Positions 12,001 through 24,000 of a DNA stretch of 40,286 nt are shown one piece after another (position 1 is the stretch's first letter; the number at the start of each line of letters is the position of its first letter). The notes beneath the pieces are model-generated. The model saw only the letters and a program-made list of their open reading frames with translations. It was not told where the DNA came from and made no database searches. A program made the translations under genes and the position numbers. The DNA is from Choristocarpus tenellus KU-1152. Lineage: Eukaryota > Protista > Phaeophyceae. The stretch covers positions 1 through 40,286 of the forward strand of contig CAXNAD020000031.1 of NCBI GenBank assembly GCA_964200185.2, read 5' to 3'.

Positions 12001-15000
12001 TGTTCAGTTGACTCTTGAATTGCGCTAAGTTCTGTGTGCCCCCATAATTTTTGGCTTATCTGCGGCAGATGGGAATGTGGTATGCAATCAAGGAATGTGG
12101 TACAGCAATCAGGGCCATTGACAGAATCAGATTCTGCACTAGGGGATACATCTAATAGAGAACATGGTAGGGCACATGCTCTCCTTTCAAGGATGCGTCA
12201 AGCAGTGACCTTGAGAATATTTTCAGGGGTTCAAGGCAACTCCAGAGTCAATGCTGAACAAGCTGTAGCTGAACCTGATGCAAGAGAAGACAAATCTTCA
12301 CAGGGGAGGAAATGGCATGTTAGTGGGATTAACAGGCCTTCTACCAGTGTGGAAGAAGATGAAGATGTCAGTGCCAAATTGTACAAGAGCAGGGTAATGG
12401 GGTAAGTGCTCTGGTTGCCTGTTTCATGTTCATATACATCCCTGGAAATATACCTTTTTTGCACATATACATGACTAACTTCTTCACTTCTTAGGATGGT
12501 GGAGTTGGTTGTCTTTCTCTCAAATTATCAATTTTGGGGGTGAACCCTGCTCCTGAAGAGAGGTCAATAGGACTTGATGCACGTTCATGTCTGTGTCCCC
12601 AACCAACCTTAGGTTGCACTCCCCTGTCCTTGCTCGTTTAATCTTTTGTGAATTGCAGGTTGAACAACAGTTTGTTGAAGAGAACTACAGCCTCAACACC
12701 TCAGCTCCAAGATTTCTCCACCAATGCCAGAGCAGGTAATGTGCCCTACAATGTGCAGAGGAGTCCAATACATGTTTTGGTACGCTCTGCTATTCCTATA
12801 ATACTCTATTAATTATGTTGGAGGGGGCAAGGTCTAAGTTACTTTGAATTGGGAGAAGCAGCAGTTGTTTAGAAGGAAAGGAAATCCTACAGTGTTTCCA
12901 TATGTTTGAGAAAAAATGTGATGTTGACACTATGGTCCTTCTCACCATTATGTGTTTGTTTGCATACCTATTGATAGGAACTACTGGTAATATCTTATTT
13001 TGTCTCCATTCCTTATTTTATTAATGCAATTTCATGTTTATGGCACTGATTGCTCCAACCCTGCTGTGCTAACATGCCACAGGAGACAGTAATAATGCAA
13101 GTCCAACAGAAGCCCACAAGAGTGGACAGGTGGTTGGTTCTGGTCTACAACTCTTGCCAGTTCCATTGTTGGGGTGTGGTCTTATTGAGAGACTTGGAGC
13201 AGTGACAAATCTATGCATGCTGGATGAAGACACAGTCTGCCAACCCACATCTGCCATTGAGGAGGTGTTCCTTTTGGACTCAAAGGTGTATACCAGTGAC
13301 AATATAAACTTTTTTATCTTTTAGTGCTATAATTTGAATATTTAACATTTATGGACATAAAGTAAATTGTCTCCCCTTTTCCCACAATGTGTCAGGATGA
13401 GAATGGACGTGGTGGTGGTACTGTGCTAGATATGCATACACAGCAGGGGCGTGAGGGGGTTCGTTTTGAGGACCCCCAGTGGTGGACCCATCTGGCGGCA
13501 CTCAAACCCATTGGTCTAACCTGTTTGCTGTCTGAGACTAAGCGCTCTGAGGTACTGCGCAAGGGTTCTCCCATATTTTTGTATGTGGGAAGAGTAACTT
13601 TGAGCTCAACGTCAATTGCAGGTTGTGCTACTGACATACCACCGTTGGTGCCTTCATGTCCTCACCTATGCCATGTTGTTGGTTAGTGGTACTATCAGAA
13701 ACTACAATGTCAGCACAACACTCCAGTGTTTGTGCTTTCTTCCCCAATATCCTGCAGCGTCCTGTGTTGTGCGCTTTGAGGGTCTATTCTTCCACACTTC
13801 CTACTTCCAATCTCTTCTGATATGCAGAGCTTTACTACTTATTGTTGCAGGCTTCCAACCGCCCCCCTGCTCTGAGGGCACAAGGGCGAGGAAGGTCATC
13901 ATATGATGGCTCTAGCACTGCAACCCCCTCGAGCAGGCAAGTCTTTCCTGACAACATTGAGCAACTCTGTTGCTTCAAGTGCACCAGATAGGGCATTATC
14001 TCAAGTTTTTTTGTTCATCTGTCAAATGAGGACCTAGTTATTAAGCTTGAGAAGAGCATTGCCAACAGAAGTGTGGTTGCAAAAAAATGAGTGATTGGCC
14101 TTTGCATGGTCTCACTATAGCAAGAGCTGTTGCCACTCTTGTTTCATTCTTTCAAAATATCACTTGATGAAATGATACAACAGACCCCAACCCTCAACAT
14201 ACTTGATGTATTGTCTTCTGCACCTTTTGTATTTTTTTTGTTAGGCATCAAAAAAATATCCGCCGTCGTGCACGTGCCCTATTAGATCATATTAGAGATG
14301 CTCAGCCTATGGAACACCTTGCTGACCTCTGGAAGGGGATAGGGTTCTGTGAAGCAGATCGGTGAGGTGTCTGTTATTTAAAGCACTTTATTTTGTGTAT
14401 ACATTTTGTGTATACAAGTCTCGTCGAAATTTTCCTGCTGGGGGCAATGAGCGTTTTCCCTCATCTGAAGTCTTGCTGTTATTGCATGCTGAGTTGAGGG
14501 TAATGAACAGTTTGAAATTCCAGGGTGTGGCTGACCCTTTTCAGGTATTAGCATGATGAAGGGTACAATGTATCATGTGCATGTCCTTTGCTCTTTTTTT
14601 TTATGGGTGTGGTAATTCTGTGCTTGAAGGATATATGAGCAATATTTCCATGTTTTTCAAACATACCATTACTTGAATCCAGGAGCATGTTTCGGGAAAA
14701 GCGGCGTATCCACGTTATTGACCCCAAGCTAGCTGCTGAAAGAGTTACTGCAGATACCCATGCACAAGGTATGGGTAGGGGTAACATCTGAACTGACAAC
14801 CACCACCCCAGGTTACTAACTGTGATGAAAAAATTTCAATTGATCGACTTTGGATGCCTTAGTATTCTGTTATCCATGATTGGAGTATTGTCAATCTGAT
14901 ACTGCCGCTTGGATGCATTATGCTATTCCAGAGTAGGCTAGTGGTAGCAATGTCATGTTATGTGTACTCTGTGTGTGTTCCATGGCAAGAGAGACAGTGT

Positions 15001-18000
15001 CCCCTCTAGTAGGGTGTAGCTTGATGTTAAATCCTGTTCAAGATATCATTGCTCACCTGATTAGTTGATTGGAAGGTGTTTGAGTTACTATTTGGTAAGA
15101 AATACAGGCATAAGAAACTCAGGGTATTTTGACAGGCAGCAAATCAGAAGAGGTTGCACAAAGAATTGTATTGCAACTTGAGCAATAGTGTAACAGTTAC
15201 TGAAACTGAAACTGAAAGTATTGTGTTCTGGAGAGGGTCGCACTTTGATCGCTGGCTTCCACTTTTGTCCTGTGAAGGAGGAATAGAATAAAAAATATAG
15301 AATAAAAAATATATAGTTAACTCAAACTATCGATATTGGTGATTGACTATAGTCTAGTGTGTGAGGAATGAACAAGGATGGACAATGGCAAAAGGGGTAG
15401 TAGATGTCCCTTGCCTACTGTACTTTTGTGCTTGAGCTATGTGGTATTATTGGTTGACCAATTGAAGGTGCTGAACCTGGTCGAATACAATATGATCATT
15501 GAATGTGATGCTAAGCTCCCATCCCATTATGTGGGTGTTTTTGTGTACCCCTACCTACCATTACCACATGCAATAATCCAAAGGTGCCAGTGCTGACCTG
15601 TTTACCTGTATGACATGCAATTTAGGTCAAGAAGAGTCATGGAGGAGAGGTAGTATCCAACCTCATGTCACAAGCATTGTGGTGCAAGACAAACGAACCA
15701 GCTCTTTGCAGCTTCTCAGTCAAGGTATAAAAGGATAGCAACTGTGGGGTCTTGGTAAGCAGCTAACAGTAAGAATATGTAATATGTAGATAATTTTATC
15801 CTATACACACAAGTGACAATTACTTAGAAGTTGACAGAAGATTATATTACAAAACAAAGCATTTGTTTCCTCCAGCATGCTGAAGAAGCTGCCTGCCCTA
15901 GAGTAGACATTTTTTGTCAGTCATGCTTTGCATGCATGCCCCTTGACCTGGTTATGTGTATTACAGTTACAGAGTGCTTGCATACGCCCAAGGTACCTGA
16001 AAGGAACAGGATCAAAGGATGAGATGGTTAAAGAAAGTATAGTCTAAGGAGTCACAAATTGAGATATCCTTGGTGCGTTGTTACCATGAAGGGATGCCTA
16101 TAGATCGAGTTTGACCAAATCTTCTTTTTCAAGTTGATAGTTTTTCAGTTGTAGTTAAGCAATAGCTCAGCATTTGTGCATCAGTGAAAAAGTTACTAAT
16201 TTTGGCCTTAGAGAAGGAGAGTTTGGGGAGATGATCGAAACACAGCGTTCTCCTTTAATGTTTTTGAATGCCCAAGTTTTGAACTTGTTAATCTGTGTCA
16301 GGAAGTTTGAAGATAGATAGCTTCACATGGATTTAGAAGAAAATATTCAGCATGAAATGACCTGATTGGGTCCTGCTGTCTATGTATGTGGGTGTCAAGC
16401 TTGTTGTGTGGAATCCTTCAGTCCTACACAAAAGAACACAGGTAGAACATTGAAGTGCTGACACTTGTGTTGTATAGGCCTGGGATTTAGGCACTATGGA
16501 AGCTATTGGAGATGTTGGTCTTTTCCTATGAATGAATGGAATGTTTGCTTTGTTGCCGGTGGTTTTATTTGTTATTGTCAGGGCATCCTTCCATTGTGGT
16601 AGGAATGTGTCGTGACTACTGGGATGGGAACACTATATCCACCTTACCATCTGCTCTGCGAAAGGACATACTGAACATGCACCAGCAGTGGAGCTTGGTA
16701 AGAGATGGTTTCATGTGTGCCCACCTTTCAATGAGTATGTTACGTAACGTATTATTGACAATCTAATCTGGTTTTGAGAAGTTGCTGTTTTGAATTATCT
16801 GTGGTGTTTCATGACTGCTTGGTATTCATTGTGCTATGTCAATCACCCCCTTACTGTTGCTTGGTCTTATACCATATCCCATGCTTTCTGTATGCATGCT
16901 TTGAGTTGAGGTTCAGACGCTGTTCTTTAACTGTTGTATCTAAACTGCCCCTTTCTTATTTCAAATGCTGCCAACAATGGTACCAGGAGGATTTGGATGT
17001 GGTGGCGTTTGCATACACACCAGTTCCTTACACAGTCACCCCATTCTTGTCTACCTTCAACAAGCACCCGGACTACTTGGTGTACTCTAGCCATGGCTCA
17101 GGCAGGGTGCGCTCTAGAGGAGGTACCTTGACAGATCTGTTCAGGTATTGCACTGCAGTTTAGTGCATTTCAGGTGTTATGAGCTTCTGGTTGACTTGAC
17201 TGGAGCTCTTAGCATTTTTGTTTTATAATGACTGCCTTTGTTTCCCTGGCAGATTGTACTGGCTGTTGTATTGCCTTTGTGCAACTCCTGACAATATAAT
17301 GATGAGTTAAAAGTTGGATGGTTTGTGAACTAGAGTTATTTGTAGCCCATATTATGTTCGATAAAATCCTTGAATATTCATTCTTGCTCTCAAGATTGTT
17401 CATGGTCCTGAGTGCTATTTGTCTGGTTAGTACGGAATCTGAACAAGGCATTTTGCAAGTCTGAACAGGACAGCTTAAGTTGCTGATCTCTCTTTCTCAT
17501 TCCCTATAATGTTGATTTGTTACTACAGCACATACTTCAAACAGGTTCTGCCTCACAGGTATGTTTTTGATAATTGTGGTGTACATTGTAGACCTTATCA
17601 ATATTTACTATTGTTACCCTAACTGTACTGTTGTGCATTGCCTTGGGTCAATGACAGGTCTGAGGGTGCTGTAACTACATCAGATCCACACCGTCGCAAT
17701 AGCAGCATGACATCCACCACAAATATTGATGGTGATGAGCACAACCTGAGAGGAGGTTTGTTGTGTGTAAATGACGCTAAGAATTGCAAGTGATACAGCA
17801 GAGGTGAATTGTGAAACATGTTTTGATTATTTTTTGAGACCATTGATTTATATTACATTTATATCACAATAAACTGTAACAACTACTTCTCTTGATTTTG
17901 TGTCCCTGTCACCTTCTCTGCATAATCCAACAATTCCGCCATCCAGCACACACCATCACACGAGCACACAGTACCCGTAGTGGTATTGGTTCATGGAGTA

Positions 18001-21000
18001 TTCCATGTGACCAGGTGGTACATGAGGGAGATGAGAGGAGCATGAATGGTGCACTTGGGTTGAAGGGTGGGTGCACTTCAGACAAAAGCTTAAAGGAGGA
18101 AAGTCTTGGTTCTTACAAACCAAACACATGCCAGAACAGCAATACATCACAATCCCTCAAGGAAGATGTGCAGATGTAAGTTTGTGGCACTTTACTTTCT
18201 TTTCTGTCTATATAGAGCTTGTTTTGATTGACTCTGATGTGTATAATGTGTATACTAGACATGCCAATGTCATCTAGTGTTCTGTTCAACCTTTCAAACT
18301 GAGGTGTCAGCACCTACTTCAATTTGATATTTTTAGGTATTGTCCCAAGATCCCACAACTTTGTTTTTAACCTCTGACAGAGACACTGCTCCAAAGTTGG
18401 AAACAAGACATGGACAAGAACATGCCAAAAACATCAAAACAATTACAGGTGTGCATTGCTTTTTGTTGTAATTGTAGGTATCTAGTACAATGTTCTTGCA
18501 TTTTCATGCAGATGCTGAGACCCTAGGTTGTTGTGCAGGTTAATACTTCAGTACACATAGTTCATTTGACAATCTCCATGGCCATTTTGTATACCAACCC
18601 ATCTAACACACTGGATACTGTTCACCTAATGCACATTGTGATAACTAGTACTGCTTTCCAAAGGAGGCATTAATCAGGAACATTGTTAGTCTGTGTTGGA
18701 AACAGGAATGTCAACCTACATTGAAGTCATATTCTGTGTACAAGGGCACTCTTTTCATACACATTATGTATCTTCCATGATGTATTGTTCCCCTGAAAGC
18801 CCTCTGACTCCAAGTTTTGATGATAATTCACCCATGAGGTCAAAATTGCTTCCCAACATTGATTCCATAGACAAGGACAAAATATTGAAACAACAGCCAG
18901 GGACACAGGGCATTCCTAGATCTGCATCTGGTGACGAGCCGCTTGGGGAAGGCATCCTCATCAAATCGCCTTCCCTTCCAATGGTTGGACCACCTGATGG
19001 GATGAGCAAGATGCACACAAGACTGCTGAAGCAGACCATGGACAGGTAGGTGGTTTGGTATTCCTCATCCCTAGTTTATTGTTTTACTTGTGAAGAACCC
19101 TAGATTATGAACTTGAGAGAAATGTTTAGATTTTAATATGTGTGTGTGTGTGTGTACTCCCTCTGCCCCATGAGTCTGTTCCTTTATGCATGTAACTCTT
19201 CAGAATGACCTCCGAATTCAAAACGGATTTTTTTTCATTGGATTCCTTGACCTTTTTACATTAGAAATCATTTCCTCGCTTTCAGTCAATGCCACCAGTC
19301 CACCAATTCAGTGCCTTCTTGTGGGCCTATACCCACCTAACCTCTGTTCCATATTTTCAGAACAATTTCGGGATATATTTTCTCAAATGTAACTATATCC
19401 AACAAAAAAATCCATTTTGAAATTGAAAGTCATCCGGAAGTACAAAGGAACATAACAGACTTATGGGACAGAGGGAGTATATATATATATATACTCCGAC
19501 TCACTCACACCGTGGTGTGAAAAATAGAGCCTTACTCCTTGTTCCCCTACCAACCAGCTCCCTTCTGGGTCGTCGCATGGATGGGGATGGCAGCCGGTGG
19601 TACAGCATGGATGATTCTGGTGTCAACGTGAAGCACCGACCTGCAAGTCTTGCAATCAAGGTCTGGAATTCAGTGTGGAGCTCTGTGTTGGTGTCTTGTA
19701 GTGAATAACCCCTTGTGATCAACCTATTGATACCAGGATTGCACTTTTTGTTGTTTTCAGTTTTGCAGATAGTCATAATAGTAATAGTAATAGTCCTACT
19801 ATCTTTGTTTGCTCAGTGTTAAATTTTCCCACATATTCTGTTGCAAATTGATAGATGTAATAGAGGTGTACCTATATGTGAAAGAAGTTTTGTTATTACA
19901 GTATAAATAAGTACCATCAGTCTTTCGTCATTCATGTCCCATGTTACTGCAGATTACTAACAATTTGGATGCATATGCTATTATTTGTATGTATCATAGC
20001 ACTGTTGTAGAAGAAGAGTGGTTGATTTTAGTGAAAGACACTTTGTCAAAGACGGGAAAAAATCAGTCTAGACAGACCAACTACAGTCAGCAAGTTGAAG
20101 TGAACAAGATGCAACAGACCTGGGAAATGGTCAAGAAGAGTATGCCATGAGCAGCAACCGAAAGGCGTGACCCATGGGATGGACAGAACCACCCTCAGTA
20201 GTTATTTTTGGGTGATGACATGCTTGGTGGATAGGGGGTATTGGGAAGGACACATAAGGACCTGCTCCCACTGTCCTATACGACTGGGCCATTAAGTTGT
20301 AGCTCTTGGGGATGACCTCCGACTACAAAATGGACCTTTGCATTGGATTCGTTGGAATAGCTTACATTAAAAAAACTATGTCTTGCCTTAATTAGACACC
20401 TTCAATCCACTAATCCAGGGCTAGCCAACCCGCCCTCCCACTGCCTTTTTTTGGTCCTGGTATGCTGTACCTCTTAAATAGGAATTAAATAGAAATATTG
20501 AATTCGTTCCCCCCCAGCACCCTTAACACCTGGTTCTACCTCTTAAATAGACTCTGCCATAAGCTCTCAAGAGTGTGCATCGTAGGCGTGGAATATCCTT
20601 GAAACCCCCTTTACAACTTCATCAATGGTGGCGTAGCGCTCTGCCCAAACCCTGCTCTTCAGAGATGCAAAAAACTCTGAATCATTGATGTTGAGATCCG
20701 GCGACTGCACTGGCTGTGTCATGAGCTTAATGTTCCATTCCTACTGATGTTCCATTCCTACTGCATTCAGCTTCTGCACCGTGCCCTTGCCCATATTGCG
20801 CCAACCTGTTGTATGGAGGCCCCCCCTGATTCCAGCCACAGTATTTTTTCCTTGATAGCTGGCAACCTCTGCTCTGTGTACCACTCCAGGAACCACTCGG
20901 CTTCGACGGTGATGTTGACCTCTTACTCCTTGTACTCCTCACCCTTCGTGTACCGCACTGTAGTTTGTTGTGTCTCCTTTGTGAGGTAAACGTGCCAAAT

Positions 21001-24000
21001 CCCAATCTTGCTTTCGAAATCATGGGAAGGATCCAGGCACGAAACGGTGGAGATGAACATCACTTTAGGAATGTGACTCTCATGCTGCACCTTTGTCAAG
21101 CCCACCTTTTCCTCTCCCGGGAACATGCACACCATCTCTTGTTTGCAGATGAGGTAGAACCATGCCTCGTCGATATGAATGGTATTTGAGGCCATTCCTG
21201 TAGGTTTTGCGGTTTGAGAGATGTGGTCGAGGATGAAGTCCACCTTGTACTTCTTCTGAGAAAATTAAAGGCTAGGGAGGATGAACTGCTGAATCCTTGA
21301 TGCCCCCATGACTTGGTATGTGCACAAATTAGTGATTCTGGTGCTGGGGAAGGGCTATACCATTCATCGATGCAACCTCCTGATCCAGACTGTATGTACA
21401 CACCTAGTTTGGCCATTGGTCAAATGTGGGAACACTCAACACTTCAAAGGGGTATGTACGGTGGTCTTACTCAGACAGGCATCAATATGAAGTAGCTGGT
21501 CATCTACATTGTCATTACCATAGTTCCTACTGGAGGGGACTTGGTCGCATTGCCTACTTTGTTCACTGCAACAGTATCCTGGACATTGGGTCTGAGTTAT
21601 TGTCATATCAGCTAGGTTGGCCCACCACCTGGAGGGCCATCATTGGCACGAAAGACTTTTACTTGGTTGTGTGGTACTGATGAGAATATGTTCACTTTTA
21701 TGGGAGGTATACATCAAATCTGTTCACAGATAATCCTTTGATCACTGACCAGGTCCGCGTGTTGATTGTTCCAGAGGGTCACTGGGGGTCTGGGTCTGAG
21801 AGCACAGAAATTCATGGATAAAATTTGAAAACCTGGAGTATTGAGTGCAATTGATATTAGGTCAAACTTGCGACCATTGCCTTAGCACCATCACGGGCAA
21901 CAATTTGAGCATGTTGTTTCAACTATTGTTATAGTAGAGGGAACCTTGAGTCTTGTGTTTTTTTTTGTATGCTTTTGCTGTATGACTATTTTGGACTTGC
22001 AAGTATTATTATTTATGTTCCTGAATCATTCCTCAAAGTTGTTGATCACTGGGCTCACGTGGCTGTGTGCATGTCTAGTCTTCTTTTTCATAGGGCTGAG
22101 GTTTTTATTCTCAGTTTGGTTGACACATAGGTATAGGTATAGCTGAGAGTACACTTGATTGGTACCTGGACCTGTGACTGTGGATGACCTGTGAAAAACC
22201 TTAACGAATGATGTATTGAACAATGCAAACAAGGAAAATAGTACATGCTAGTACATACTGATTGTGATGTTAAACTTGTCCAGCTGTTTTTGTTCAGTAG
22301 AATGTGATGATTCTTATTGTGAAAATACCAAGAAAGGGTAAACCATTAATGATTCATGTATATCTATAATCTTTACAATCACCACTATTTGGTCACCTAA
22401 CTCCCTGTGTGGTGTCTCATGGTACAGGAGGCAACGATGGCTGCAAGTGGAGAAAATAGTATGGCACAACCACTTTGGAGCCTCATGCATGACCAAGTGA
22501 GTTAGAACATAACTATTCTTTGAGGTGATACGCAGGGAAGTCCACGCAATTGTTGGCTGCTTTGGGGGATGCAGAAGATCACCCACTCAATTGCTTCGGT
22601 TCTAAATAGAGGTGGTAGAGCTTGCTTGTTTCACGCAAAAATGTTGGTTGTTGATTCAAACTTCTCGTTGTTTCTCCTGTCAGGTGTTTGTGGGCATGGC
22701 AGCCTCTTCTGTGCCACCCAAGCGAGAAATGGATGTACTGATTGAGGATCTTTGTGCTGCTGGCGTACGATTTGTGTACTTTTCTCCTCGAAACATGCGA
22801 AGGAGTAAGGTACACATGCAATCCTCATCCTTTGGCTATTTTATTTATCATTGAATGCCATTTTGTTAAAGTAGGGTGAGAGTTACATGGTTTTCTCTTT
22901 TTATCAGGTGAGAATTCCTACTGAGTATGATGGTATGGCTCATCCAGTGTTTTTCTTAGGGTGTTAAAAGTATGTGGCATTGTGTTCCATTTCAAGAATG
23001 TTTTGCTGTCAATGATGTATTGTGTACTGCATTGACCAGAGCTTTACACATACTACTATGCACTAGTTTCCATTGAAGTGAAAACTTGGTGGGTATTATC
23101 TTGCACACACTTCTCACATCCCCTCATTGTGTTATCCTAAATCAACGGCATGCCCAAGGCATTAGCAGAGAACATGGGCATTGAGACAGACTGGAATTGC
23201 GCGATATCTCTGCGATCATTGGAGGACAATACCCAACCTGACCCACATCGAATGATGTCCACCTATGCGGACTGGGATGTGAAGGTATTGTTTGCCAGTC
23301 TTCTATCTTCTGTCAAATAACCCTAACCCTAACCCTATCTAACCTTTGATCATCTAGTTATAGGCATGCTGATTCGACGAGTAATTTTTTATTGCTACTA
23401 GAGGCAAACAGTTCCACTATTGGGTGGCAAATGTCAGAAACTAATTCTACCCTAGTACTAGCACATGAGTAGTATTTGAGATGTGATGTGTTGGGTGGGC
23501 TGCGCGATGAATGGAGATACTGCTTTTACCCTTTTCCAATTTCACCCTCCTCCCCATCTATCAGGCCCGCCTGCCACATGGGATTGCTGCAATTCAGGAG
23601 CATATTGAGCAAGTGGACAACGTACCTTTGTTGGTGTCACTGTTTACTGATGCAACTCCTCAGACCACAAAAGACATGCTCAGCATTTACAGAAGCTACC
23701 ATGAATCTGTCCTAGCAGTGGGCATGTCCTACAGGTATGTTAACATTTCAAGTGAAAGATATATTGTTCATGTCAGGAAGTTTTGAGTACATACATTATT
23801 CTATATGTACATGTGTATATAAAGTTTCTGCTACCCTACCCTTTATGTTTCTGAACACGTAATTTATTTTATTCATATGAAATTCACAGTGCTACACTCT
23901 TCTGTCGATATCACTTCCAACGTCTTCCCCACAGGTCTATGAATGGGGAGTTGTTTCAAACAGCTGACCTTTCTCTGTCAGTAGAAGGCCTTCCACTTAA

